A DNA stretch of 63,996 bases, counting the filler, from Trypethelium eluteriae (taxonomy: Eukaryota): NCBI GenBank assembly GCA_051942245.1. It is 3 parts of 3 records of this genome, joined end to end, with 100 filler letters (N's around TTAATTAATTAA, not from the genome) between each part and the next. Parts side by side here need not be neighbours in the genome. Positions count along the whole stretch, not along the records: positions 45,210 to 63,996 come from JAVECL010000549.1; 2 more parts are not named here. One strand, 5' to 3'. Shown one piece after another: positions 49,022 to 61,818 of this stretch. Position numbers and translations under genes: made by a program. Numbering within the stretch: position 1 is the stretch's first letter; the number at the start of each line of letters is the position of its first letter. Under the pieces are notes generated by a model, which was given only the letters and a program-made list of their open reading frames with translations, did not search any database and was not told the origin of the DNA.

Positions 49022-50129
49022 TATTGAATGTAGCGATTTTGACACAGCAGACTGCCAGGTTCTCAAAGTGAAGATAGCATGAATGTAGTGAATTCACTCA
49101 CGAACGGAATGCAGGGAGAGTGTGAGCTTGAAGGTAGACCAAGAATATCGTGTCGCCTGATAGCTGGTAATCACTCCCACAATACTTCTGCTCTGCAGCT
49201 GAGCTATGCTGACGACGTTTGCTGTCCAGCCGAAGCTCCTTCAAGGACTCAAGAAACGAAATACGTTGAGTCATAACAAGGATACGGACATTCGTCAATT
49301 TTGCTTTCCTCCTTATTTTGTTTGAATAAAGCGTCCCACGCTTACGGGCGTTATCGCTCTTCAGTACGTACATACTCTGTTTGGGAAGCCACAATCGGTT
49401 TTACGAAATCCCCATGAACCGACCATGTATATGTCCTACTATCGTTAGCGAACGGCCTGGAAGTGAAGGAGCAAGGGATAAAGAAGGACTAGGATTAGGT
49501 CGAGGCTTGAGTCATTGCACCTGTTATAGTGCCTCACAATATAAATGAGCAATATGAGGAAGTTGCTATTGATATTGACATTCGACGCTGTAGGAGCACT
49601 GGGAGTACAGGATAGGTCCATGCAAGAATTCAGACCCGTACGCCAAATGCTGAGACAGCAAGTTTAAGATCCATAGAGAACTAAAGACTGCTATGCACCG
49701 AACCGTATAGAACAGATGGAAACAGATGAAAGATGAGAGTGAGAGTACCAGAGTAAAGCAAGCAGAAAGTCCAGAGGATTTGTGTGCTCATTCCCACCGT
49801 AGGGTATCAACGCTGTGCGATCATGTCAGATTACTGCCGTAACCGAAGATAAAATGCTGAATGAAAAGTAATCAGTGCCATCCGAATGACCCCCTTCAGT
49901 TCCCATCTCGGAAGAAGGGCTAATCGAGGATAGCTCAAGTAGATCGCACAATGCCATGAGAATAGAAAGAGTGTGCATGTATGCCTTGATCCAGATCAAA
50001 TGACCTAATGAATGACATCCATGTTGGACCATGCACCGGGGTCGAGCCTCGGAAAAGCATGATGTAGGTTCATCAGAATGCTCTTCAACCGAGATCTCCC
50101 TCACGAATCGAGCTTCGTATTTCAGACCT

Positions 50130-51152
50130 TTACCAAGGCCCAACGTGAACCGGCAGGTTATTTCCATACGTACCAGCCAACAACTGCTCCCTCACAGTCA
50201 TTCCGTCACCTTGCCCAGCCCCAGAACCCGCATTTGAGTCACCAGTCTGATTTCCTAGCCATCCGAGGCTCTTCCGCATTTCTTGCACTGCATCTTCCAT
50301 CTTCCGACCACTCTGCTCATTGTGCCCTACCAGCTTCTGGTCCCACCCGCCATACTGCAGTTGGATGCCACCACCCCGCTTCGCCGCCTCACGGATGACG
50401 AGCGCCCAGGCGCGGCTGATCTCTTCGTAAGCATCCGCTTTGTGGCGATTGTGCTGGTAGTTATCCCAGTTCGGGAGAGCGTGGATGATGTTCGTAACCC
50501 CGTCGAGATAGTCAAGTGACACGGATGTCTGAGACTCGTTCGGGGGGAGAAAGTGAGGCGTGTAATCCTTGAGCGCCTCGAGCAGTTCCGAGAGCGGCGA
50601 TCGCACTCGGTTGTAGGCGTAGTCAGACGTGTGTCGATTGCCGAATGGAAAGGAGGATTGTAGGGCGCGCTCGTAATTACTGAGGACGGAGAGGGCGGAC
50701 TGGACGCTGGGTCGGGGGGCAGTGGAGACAACTTCGGTGCCGATGTTTGGGTGGCGGTCACAGATCGTTTTTAAGAGGGAACGCATGGAGTCTGCATCGA
50801 GGGTTTCAAGGAGGCGGGGTAGAGAGAGTGCGTGTCCGAACACATTAGTTCGCAGTCGTTTCACTGGTTGTGCTATCGGATGTGGAAGCGATCGATTGCC
50901 AGTGGAGGGAGAGTTGGATGGCGAGGTAGACATGCGATCTTCAGAATCTCGAGGAAGATCGTCATCAGCTTTGCGTTTCCGTCCAGCCATGGTGTTCTGT
51001 GAATGAAAAGCTGGAGTATGAAGGTTAGCTTGGAGAAGGGGAATAAGTGCAGGATCCGGAATGGGCAGTAGCTCACAGGAGGCAGGTGGGGAGAGTCGAG
51101 GATTCTGGAGAAGGTGAGGTGCCAGGAAAGAATTAGCGGCAATGGTATTCAT
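50130..51152 (-). CDS. STS1: Tethering factor for nuclear proteasome Sts1/Cut8
   Basis: Exons 51152-51077 and 51010-50130. GRKRKADD NLS, LSLPRLLETLD, DYAYNRVR, YTPHFLPP and HNEQSG motifs. Confidence 0.9.
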   Translation of the reverse strand: MNTIAANSFLAPHLLQNPRLSPPASCELLPIPDPALIPLLQANLHTPAFHSQNTMAGRKRKADDDLPRDSEDRMSTSPSNSPSTGNRSLPHPIAQPVKRLRTNVFGHALSLPRLLETLDADSMRSLLKTICDRHPNIGTEVVSTAPRPSVQSALSVLSNYERALQSSFPFGNRHTSDYAYNRVRSPLSELLEALKDYTPHFLPPNESQTSVSLDYLDGVTNIIHALPNWDNYQHNRHKADAYEEISRAWALVIREAAKRGGGIQLQYGGWDQKLVGHNEQSGRKMEDAVQEMRKSLGWLGNQTGDSNAGSGAGQGDGMTVREQLLAGTYGNNLPVHVGPW

Positions 51153-51616
51153 TGCGGGGTAGCCTTTAAAAGTGAGTCGCTCAGAAAGGTGTGGTGTGGT
51201 GAACAGGATAGAGATGTTGGTGAGCGGGAGGTTATATGTAAGAAGGCGAAGCACCTAAAATGGGAGGTGGACGTCTGACCATCACGTGTGATCAACAAAC
51301 GACGGAGGGGCTTGGCCCATGCCACTGCCAAACTACGACGAATTATTATTCCTTTCGCTCACTTTGCAGTACAAGAGAGATTTCAGGGGTCTGAATTAAA
51401 TATGTTTTTACATGAGGCTCTGATTCCCTTTGTCGTATGTAACATTTCAAGCCGCATGGGCTCTCTGCATGCAGACAACCACCCGCCTACTCCACCGGCT
51501 CGCTCAAACCCCATCGCAATGCATGTTTTTGCTCACGACAAATGCCTGTAGCACTTGCGAAGCAAACAGAGAAAACAGAAGAATGCCCATCTAAGAAGCC
51601 TGTCGCCTTCACATTA

Positions 51617-54600
51617 TCACAGGTAAAGTGATTGTGCAGCAACAATGTCTCTCTTGACCTTGTTCAAAGCTTCGTCAAACTTCTTCTCAAGATCCTCACT
51701 GCCCATGACTTTAGCGGCTTGAGCTATCTGACGAAGTAACTCTTCTAGACGTCTGAAGAGACGGATGATGTTGCCCTCGAATACGTCTGTCATTTTGCTA
51801 CAAATGCGATTAGTAGGTGGCGGGAAAATGCGAAAAGAATGTGAAGACATACCATATTGCAGCAAAAGACGCGCCTTGGCACCAGTTGAACACGACTTCC
51901 ATTAATCCGTGCTTGAACGTAGCGAGGTACTCTTCCTCGTTCAAGGGAAGCTTGCTCTCTTGGGAAACTTTCGCCACCCGTCGCGCTTCGGCTTGAATGT
52001 CCCGGAAAGGCTTGCCAAGATTCTCCTTTAATTTATGCTCCTCCTTGCTCTTCTCTTCAAAGATGAAGCAACTAAGACAAGCCGCGCATACCTCGGGGGT
52101 GAGATCATTGAAGAAGCCATTGAAGAGCAACTCGCTCAAGACTAGCTCGTCCCCAGTACTGATTTCACAAGCGACCCGGGCTTTGATTTGCACCACGTCC
52201 GCCTCGTTGATGAAATTGAGCCTACGCAACACCCGCTTGCGGCATTTCAACTCATCCATCTGCATAATCGACAGAGCTTCGCTGATCTTTTTCTTCTGCT
52301 CTTTGATCCGCTTGCCAAGCTCTACCTTCTCTGCATACTTGTCCCACAGGCCGGGTAACTTCTCCGAATTGTACAGAGGATTGGCGAGTAGGCGAGATTC
52401 CAGGACCTCGATTTTACGGAGCAGCTTCTTGAATGATTCATCTGTGATACCCATATTCTCAATTGGATCCAGGATAGCAATCCCGTCAGGAAAACGTCGT
52501 TTGACCTCCTCCAAAGATTTTCGTACGTTGTTGCGCTGATCGACTGGCTTTAGATCCTTTGGCAGAAAGATTCGCAGATGTCCGATAGAGTCAATGCAAG
52601 AAAGTTCAAAGGCCACGACTTCCATTTTGCCCTTCTCTCCTGGCTCAGGCGGCCGAATAACGTCTGACATTTCTTGGTTAGCTTTGCCAGTAACCGTGAT
52701 ATCAGCTGCAGTAAGGACTAGTACGTCCACCGTCCAGTTTTCCTGCGGTTTGGGCTTTTCTTCTCCCTTGTGAGTAGTGTGCGTAAAATCAACTACCGCA
52801 CCCCAACCAAAATCGTAGGCCCTGCGTTTGACTTTGACCAAGCGACCAGGCTGCATGAATTGCAGGCTGTAGTTTGGATGTGTCACAACTTCCTTCATGT
52901 CTCGAGTAAAGGTGTCGATCTGCTTACGGAGATCATAGTACTCTTTGATGACGGGTTCTTGCTCTATGTCCATGTTGACTCTCTCGTCCTCCATTTCGTG
53001 CAATTCTGCAAGTGAGCCAGTCACGTTAGTGCCTTCCAAGCCGAGGACATCCGCTTCGACTCACCTTTTTCCAAGCCAGAGACACTGGCCGAGTTCTGGA
53101 ACTGATAGAAACACCTCTCTAGCATGAACTCTGGAGAGATTCCTTCAACTCTCATGAGATTGAGAATCATATTGTATCCCAGATGGAAAGCAGAATTGAG
53201 TTTGTCTTGCTCTCCTCGTACAATGCCCTTGGCGATTTCAGGGTCCATTTGCTCGTTTACCATCATGATGACAATGCCTCGCTCGTCCAGGCCTCGTCGT
53301 CCGGCTCGACCCGACATTTGAATGAACTCGGACGGCGTCACCCACCTCTGGGCCTTCCCATCGAATTTTCGAACACTCGTGAAGACGACAGTCTTTGCAG
53401 GCATGTTGAGCCCAATAGAGAACGTCTCCGTCGCGAAGAGTACCTTGATGAGACCTTCTTGAAATAGAATTTCAATGGTCTCTTTCAAGATCGGAAGCAA
53501 GCCTGAGTGATGGATACCAATACCACGTTTCAGCAAAGGGAAGATGTGCTGAATTTGGGGTAATTGCTTATCCTCCTCCGAGAGTGTCTCGATGGCATTC
53601 TCAAAGACTTTACTGACCATGTTCTTTTCTTCTTCGCTGTTGAATGCGAGTTGACTCATTTGGAGAGCGTAAGCTTCGCATTCACGCTTGCTGAAACTGA
53701 AGACGATGACGGGATTGTAATTTTTCATCATGATCATCTTCACGATCTTGTAGATATCAGAAGGGCCGTCGCTCCTGCCACCCTTGTTAAGCTTCTTGTC
53801 CTTTCCTTTCCCTTTCCTCCGAGCTAGAGCATCATTTGGATCATCGCCTTGCTTACTAGCAATCGAAGACATAGCTTTCGAGAAATTCTCTTCTCGAAAT
53901 TGATTTTTTTCGTCTACCACAAGGTGTATGCCATCTGCTGCAGCTGGAAACAGATAGTGCTGAAGTGGAGTCGGTCGGAAATCAGTATAAACCACGTGAC
54001 AGGGCTGGTTGTGCGTCTTCGTGACCCATTCGGCGAATTGCATTGCGTTTGGTATTGTCGCAGAGAGGAAAACGTAGCGGACTTTATCTGGCAGCAGAAT
54101 GATGGTCTCTTCCCAGACAACTCCTCGAGACGGATCCCTCATGTAGTGTACTTCATCAAATATTACCCACGCGACCTCCCTCATTATTTCTGATCCCCGG
54201 TAAAGCATGGAACGCAAGATCTCAGTGGTCATGACTAAACATGTCGCCGTTGGGTTGATCGTGACATCACCAGTCATCAGCCCGACGTCCCCAAATTCTG
54301 CTGTGAACTCTCGGAATTTCTGATTGCTCAGAGCCTTGATCGGGCTGGTGTAGATGACCCTCTGGTTGTTTTTCAAACATTGCGCAATCGCATACTCTGC
54401 GACCACAGTCTTGCCCGCGCTAGTATGTGCTGACACAAGAACGCTCTCTCCACGCTGTATCGACGTGACGGCTACTTGTTGGAAGGGGTCCAGAGTAAAC
54501 TCCCAAGTCTTTGCCGGCTGCTTGGGTGGTTTGTGCTGCGCGATGGGGACATATTCGTAGTCTGGAGGTAGCGCGACTTGATGTCTGACTTGGTGGGATA

Positions 54601-54955
54601 GAGTTACAGCTTGGCCATCTTTCTGCGGTTGAAGCCCCGCGGAAGCTGCAATTTCTCGAGATTGCTCGGTCTCGAACGCGTCTGTGACGACGGGATCAGG
54701 CTCGGTGCGCTTGCGTCGTTTGGCGTCGTGCTCTTCATCGTGCTCTTCATCTATAATGTCACCTGTTTCGAATTTGCCATTAGTATGTGCCTCTGCTTTT
54801 TCCAGCGCTGAAGTGTCTAATGAGCCACTCGAGAACACGGCTCCGTTCACGGATTTGATGTTCCCGTTGACTTGTCTTTTTTTCAAACTCTCACCGTCCA
54901 CTGTTCTACTCGAAGCGATTCCATCATCGTCGAATACACCGAATAATTCGTCCAT
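51617..54955 (-). CDS. MTR4: Ski2-family DExH RNA helicase Mtr4/Dob1
   Basis: Exons 54955-53065, 53005-51853, 51797-51617. [28 protein letters not shown]/arch FMQPGRLV and C-terminal [11 protein letters not shown]. Confidence 0.96.
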
Positions 54956-55280
54956 GGTTGCGGCGTGAAAGGGAGAGATCGCAAGATCGACGAAATTGGT
55001 TTAAAATCTACAAAGAGGCAGGCGAGCTAAGGTACCTCCGACGACATGCATGGAGCCATCGACGATCTATTACTCGGGAACCTAAGCTAGAAGAGGCTAG
55101 CGCTAGAACCCTTGCACCTTCGAGAAGTGAAGTACCTCTCCATCAGTAGTGCCATCCTCTTGCCTCTTCATTCTGACATTGACGCTTCGGACCACCCAAT
55201 CAGTATAATCCAGCACAACAAAGACCGTACGAAATTGAGAGCAGGGCAAATCTTTCTCTAGCTTGCTGACTCATTGACAG

Positions 55281-55617
55281 ATGTTGTCGCGAACCGCAAT
55301 GCGAGCCCCTACCATGGTTGCCCGCCGTGGCTTCCACAGTACAAGAGCTCAAATGTCCAGTCCTTACCATTACCCTGAAGGACCTCGAAGTAACATTCCA
55401 TTCAATCCTTTGACAAGGTTCTTCTGGCTTCGCTACTGGGGCTTCTGCGGTAATGAACATGCCATAATGTGCACTGCAATTGCTGATGGGAAAACATAGC
55501 CGCTGGATTCGGCCTGCCATTCGGTGTTGCCGGTAATCAGCCTACCCTCGTTCTGTCCCTATACACTACTAATCAAAATCCTCTACTACAGTCTGGCAAA
55601 CATACAAGAACGGTTGA
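55281..55617 (+). CDS. COX7C: Cytochrome c oxidase subunit VIIc (yeast Cox8 family)
   Basis: Exons 55281-55449, 55500-55532, 55592-55617. Presequence ...RRGFHSTRAQM, HYPEGPRSNIPF and GFGLPFGVAVWQTYKNG*. Confidence 0.9.
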
Positions 55618-56153
55618 GTACATTCGTCGGTTGGTTGGGAAGGCACATATCTAGAAGCAGGGGCAGTGCAAGGCATATGATGGAGGACTCAGCGGACTGG
55701 GACAGGCAAAGGCTGTATCATATGTACACTAAGAGATAAGGCCATCATATGCCGTATATCACTCCAGGCTAAGCCCGCAATTGCATGATATCGATGCCGA
55801 CTCTTGAAGGTTCGACAATACACGTAGTAAATTTTACCCTCGTCATAGACTTCACTGCAATTTATTCGTTAATCTCATTATTGAAAGTCTTGGTTGTTGA
55901 ACTCAAAGTGATGAAAAAAATGTCCTTCAAAGTCTCGGGAAGCTGTGAGTTGCTAGGCCGGTCTATTAAAACCTTGAATTGGGTGAGGTAGTCACAAAGT
56001 AAACGATGAGTCTTGAACGTGAAAATCCACTCGAACAATCTACCTACAAACTTGCGCCCTCATCTACAACCGACAAGAAAATAAGCAAAGATCCAAAACG
56101 GAATCAAGGCAGTCCCGTTTGAAGACTGACAACGATGATTTGTGAGGTCTGAA

Positions 56154-59100
56154 ATGCGGAACCTCAAAAATATTGGATGTTCCACATCGGAAATCGGTGG
56201 CATTACCGCAACTACCTGGGACGTAAATACCGATTCTTTAATATGTGCCAACGGCCCTGTTGGTCCCGAAGATGCTTCTGCGCTAATTACACTCAAGCGC
56301 ATACGTTATCCTCGAGGACTGGAAGTGGAAGAAACAGAAATCGCGGCTTGGGATGTAGATGGCCCTTTACCAGATCCAAGTAAAGACAAGATTTTGAGCT
56401 TGCATTATCTTCCCGATATTGCAACGATATGTCTCATTCTTGCTGGAGGAGACATCTATATCGTTCGAGAGGAGCCAGAAGCCGGACAAGAGCGTATTGA
56501 AATCGTTGGATCTGTAGATGCTGGGATCACTGCTGCCGACTGGTCCCCGGATGAGGAGCTTCTCGCAATAAGCACCGGGGCCGGCACGTTTCTTTTCATG
56601 ACAAGAGAGTTTGAAGAAGTCACAAACGTGACCTTCGGTCCGGAAGATCTCAAGTTATCGAAGCATGTCTCTGTGGGCTGGGGCAAGTCAGAGACACAGT
56701 TCAAAGGCAAGCGAGTGAAAGCATTGCGGGACCCCACCGTGCCGGAGCATGTCGATGAGGGAACTTTAAGTTCTTGCGATGATGGTCAATCAAGGATTAG
56801 CTGGAGAGGGGATGGTGCTTACGTTGCTATCAATACTATTGAATCAGGGAACCGCCGCATCGTTCGAGTCTACTCTCGTGAAGGCATTCTTGATTCTGTA
56901 AGTGAGCCTGTGGACGGTTTGGAGGGAAGTCTGAGCTGGAGACCAGCTGGAAATCTTATAGCAGGCGTGCAGAGGTCCAAAGAGTACGCACAGGTCGTTT
57001 TCTTCGAACGGAATGGATTGCGCCATGGACAGTTCAGACTACGACTCACCCAACAAGAGCTCGAAGATTGGGGCCTCAGTATCAATCTTAGATGGAACAA
57101 TGATTCCACCGTGCTTGCAATATCTTACCTGAACAGGGTACAGCTCTGGACGATGGGCAACTATCATTATTATCTGAAGCAGGAGATACACTTCGGATCT
57201 GCAGGGAACGTCCAAGGAGTTCATCCTGCCGTAGGCATCTCGTGGCACCCAGAGCAACCACTTCGATTGAGCGTATATTCGATATGTAAGTCTTCGATTC
57301 AGAAATTTGACTCTAGGAGATTGCTAAGACAGTTTCAGGTGCAGAGATGGATCTCAGTTACACTCCGATAGTTGCAGGAGGATCAACCTTTATCCCAAAT
57401 GACCACGGTTGGGTATCTGTCATTGATGGCTGTCCGTCCTTTGTTCCATTCATCTGTACCTTCTTGCTGATAAGCCTAGGCGATCTTAAAGTCACGCCTC
57501 TGAAAAGAGCAAATGTGCCTCCTCCAATGTCGCTCCACGAAGTGTCTCTCGACCGCAATGCCACTGATGTCGCCGTGAGCAGAAGCGGAGCTTACATCGT
57601 AACTCTTGATCAACGACAAGTGACAGTACTGAAACATGATTACGAGACTGATGGATACTCCATAGCATCACGTCATGATATTACTGTTGATTCTGCAGGC
57701 AGAACGCTTCCCCGCCAGGTGGTATTCGGGAGAGACTCGGAAATCGTCTTCCTGGTCTATTCTGAAGATTCTCACAAAGACGTGATCTACAAAGCTGCCC
57801 TCGATCAAGGGAAGGTGACCTCAACGACCTTGATAGAGCTTCCGTTTTCCATCTCATGTCTTATATCCGCGTTGGATCACGGTTCCATTTTCTTAGAATC
57901 TACAAGCGGGTCCATCTACGAACTGGAGTACAATCAGCACGACTCGGATGGTACCAACGGTATCAATGGTACGACAATCAACGAGCCCGCTATGTCAGCC
58001 AAGGAGCTCCTCAAGAACCCACCGTGGCCAAAGTCCTGCCCAAAAATCGAGATCTGGCAAAGTGACGAAAAGGTTGAGAAACTCCCATGACATAGTTGCC
58101 ACTGTTCAAAATATTGCTAACATCAAGCAACAGAGGATCATATTTGGCTTAACTGCGACTGGAACTTTGTACGCTACTGAGCCTTGGAGTGGGCGTCAAG
58201 GAAGTCAGCTTGCTCGCAATTGTACCTCCTTCCTCGTCACTCAAGCTCATCTAATATTCACGACCTCCCAACATCTTCTCAAATTCGTTCATTTGACAGC
58301 ACATCACGGTGAGACTTCAGATAGAGCCCGATCAAACATGACTGACTGGTGGATAGACTTAGAAGTCCCATCCGACGAACCAGAAACAGATGAGCGTTGT
58401 CGTAGTATCGAACGAGGAGCCCAGCTTGTGACTGTGATGCCATCATCCTATGCTGTAGTTCTTCAGATGCCAAGAGGCAACCTAGAGACCATTTATCCTA
58501 GAGCGCTAGTCTTGGCAGGCATTCGGAAGAGCATCATCACCAAGGATTATAAAACGGCTTTCCTAGCTTGTCGCAATCACCGCGTCGATATGAATATCCT
58601 GCACGATTACGATCCCCGCCAATTTATGGCTAATGTTTCTTTGTTTGTCAAACAGATCAAGAAGATTGAGCACATCGATCTGTTTTTGTCACAGCTGAGG
58701 TGTGTACGAACTATGCATATTAAGTTTCTGCTCACACGAGAACAGGGACGAGAATGTCTGTCAGACGATGTATAAGGAGACTCTCCAGTTCTCCATATCC
58801 GACGAAGTCAGTCCGCAAACCAATGGCGTCTCATATAATGCTCCCATTGCGGAAAAGTCCAAAGTCAACCGCATCTGTGATGCATTTTTGCAAGCCCTTG
58901 GCGGACTGCGCGAATCTCATCTTCAGAACATAATTACTGCTCATGTTTGCAAGGCTCCGCCTGACCTCGATGCTGCACTGTCTCTGATCGGTCGATTGCG
59001 AGGTAACTTTCTATTGCCCCCTCTCTTTAAGTGAATCTGCTCATTAAATTTGATAGAGCACGGAGACGATTCCGCCGAGCGAGCCGTCGAGCACATATGT

Positions 59101-60578
59101 TTCTTGGCAGACGTCAACCAACTATATAACCACGCGCTCGGGCTCTATGAGCTGGACCTGACTCTGCTCGTGGCACAGCAGTCTCAAAAGGTGTGACTAC
59201 CCCAAGAAACCCAACCTCTCCCTATCACTGACTCCGATTCGCCAAGGACCCAAGAGAATACCTCCCCTACCTCCAAACCCTCCAAGAGCAACCCCCCCTC
59301 CGCCGCAAATTCACCATCGACAACGACCTCGCCCGCCACGCCAAAGCCCTCCAACACCTACACGCTCTCCACGCCTTCGACGAGCTCCTCACCTACACCA
59401 CCAAACACGCGCTGCACTCCCACGCCCTCGCCCTATACCGCTACGACGCCCCCCACCACGCCATCCTCACCCGCCAGCACGCCACCTTCCTCCTCTCGCA
59501 GTCACACTTCCACGCCGCCGCCCTCGCCTACGCGTCCCTCGCCGACCACGCCGCTGCCTACCCCGCCTACCGCGCCGCGGGGCTCTGGCGCGAAGCCCTA
59601 GGGTCCGCGTCGCTGGTCCCGGTAGCGGCTGACGAGCTCAGGGCGCTGGCGCGGGATCTGGCGGATGGGCTGGTGGAGGCGAGGGATTTTAAGGCGGCGG
59701 CGACGGTGGTTCGCGAGTATCTGGGGGATGGGCCGGGTGCGGCGAGGTTGCTGTGTCGTGGGCATTGGTATGCGGAGGCGGTGCGGGTGATTGCGCTGCA
59801 GGGTGGAGCTGGTGCCGCCGGTGCTGGTGGTAGTGGTGGTGGTGGTGATGGAGTGTCGAGGGAGAGGCTGCTGGAGGAGGTGCTGGATGCGGGGTTGGTG
59901 GAAGGGTTTGCGGGGATGACGGAGTTGTTGGCGGAGTGCAAGGGCCAGTTGGGAGCGCAGGTGCCGAGGTTGCGGGAGCTGAGGGAGAAGAAGGCGAGGG
60001 ATCCGTTGGGATTCTTTGAAGGTGGCGAGGCGGTGGGAGAAGGGGCGGATGTGCCGGATAATGTGTCGATTGCGCCGACGGATGCGTCAACCACGGGAGG
60101 CACCTTCTTGACGAGGTATACGGGCAAGACGAGGGGTACGCTGGGGACAGGGGTGTCGAGACGGTCGTCGAAGAATCGGAGGAGGGAGGAGAGGAAGAGG
60201 GCAGCCGGGAAGAAGGGGAGTATTTATGAAGAGGAATACTTGGTCAACTCGGTGCGGAGGCTGGTTGAGAGGGTTAATGGAGTAGGAGAGGAGGTGAGAA
60301 GGCTGGTGGAAGGTCTGGTGCGGAGGGCGATGAGAGAGCGAGCGAGGGCGGTGGAGGAGGCGATGGTGGAGGTGACTGAGATGTGTAAGGGATGTATTGG
60401 TGAGGTCTTCGAGGTGGCAGACGAGAATAAGTCCGCGGCTGAGGCCGAGAAGGTTGAAATTGCAGAGTACAGGCCTTCTGGAGGGGAGGGGGTCTTATGG
60501 GAATCGATGGAGCAGGCTTGGAAGCGTCAGGAGCCGCCGGTGGTAAAAGCATTCGAGAGACTGTCGCTTTTAGGGTAG
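56154..60578 (+). CDS. ELP1: Elongator complex subunit 1 (Iki3)
   Basis: Eight exons (introns approx. 57286-57339, 57432-57479, 58073-58133, 58309-58356, 58700-58745, 59003-59056, 59191-59246). MRNL, VGWGKSETQFKGK, FFERNGLRHG, LQMPRGNLET, AQQSQKDPREYLP and RRREERKRAAGKKGSIYEEEYLVNS. Confidence 0.95.
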
Positions 60579-60639
60579 ATAGGCACTCAAATCAAGCCCA
60601 TAGACGACTGCATCTTCGTAGCAAAGAATAAAACGTTCT

Positions 60640-61056
60640 TCACCCCTTTTTCACGTCTCCATCATCCGTCTTTCCCATGCGTACCCGCAACTTCTGCTCG
60701 TCCTCGCTTCTCCCACTTTTCGGCTCCTCTTTCGCTTTTTGCAACTCTTCATGTGCATTCCAAAACAAATCTTTTATACTCCCCTGCTCCGGACGCTTTA
60801 ATTGTCCATGCCGTCGTAGGTTCTCATTGTGCCAGCTTATCTGCCCACCATCAGCTTCCCGATGCCGTTGCGCATTTAATTTGGCAGCCCTAATGCTCGT
60901 TCGCGCGTAAACGAATAGGAGGCCAGCCATTGTGAACGCAGCTAAAGGTGCAACGAGAGTGCGTGGGTTGATGGGAAGTCGCCGAGGTTGGGCATGAGGA
61001 CGGGATGCCTCCGTTAGACCTTCGGGCCCTCTTGGAGTGGATAAGCGACCTCCCAT
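60640..61056 (-). CDS. Small single-TM hypothetical protein (138 aa)
   Basis: ATG ORF with one TM (LVAPLAAFTMAGLLFVYAR) followed by SIRAAKLNAQRHREADGGQISWHNENLRRHG. Confidence 0.75.
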   Translation of the reverse strand: MGGRLSTPRGPEGLTEASRPHAQPRRLPINPRTLVAPLAAFTMAGLLFVYARTSIRAAKLNAQRHREADGGQISWHNENLRRHGQLKRPEQGSIKDLFWNAHEELQKAKEEPKSGRSEDEQKLRVRMGKTDDGDVKKG

Positions 61057-61818
61057 GGTATCTCAAGGGGATTGCCTGTCGATTGGAGACTTCAAAATAG
61101 CTCGAAGCTTTGAGAGAGAGGGAGCTTGATTTGTCAATGATTGCTATATCAGAAAGCTCTGGATCAGGTAATCAATAGTACGAATTGGGCAACTGGCACG
61201 AGTCGGTGTCGGTGCTTTCCACAGTTGATGACGTCAGATTAGGTGGTGCATTGATCTGCACCACGATTTTACCAGAAGATAGGCACCTGATTGAGCTTGC
61301 AGCAGCTGAACCCCACTGGCCAATGGATCGTGCAGAGACACGCTGGGCTTATCCAGGTCCTTGGAGTTTAGCAGGGAGGGTGGGGGGTTCTTGGTGGCCC
61401 GGTAGGTCGAAATTGAAAATAGGATGATCAGTCATCGGCAAAAAATTCGCCATCTCCAATTGAATTGGTCAGATCCAGGCATCAGTCACGCTGCTACAGC
61501 CGCAAGCGTTGTCCAGCCAATCTGCTTAACTCATTCTCTCGTTTCAATGCATAAATAGTAATGCAGCAATTTAATTTCCTTAATCTGTAATCCTCCCGTG
61601 CTAGCTAGCGCTGAGAAAACACACCCTCTTAGGACTATCCTTGCGTCATCTCTTCCGGTGTTTATAATCTCTCATATGCCCCCCACCACACCTCTTTGGT
61701 GGCGTCAGTCAAAGTGTCTTCCTCAATTTTCTTCAAGCCTCTCACTCGAGTGTCCGTCAGTACGGCCTCATCAAGACTCTCTTCATTTTCGCGCCAGCTG
61801 TCAACCTCGTCACCGAGC

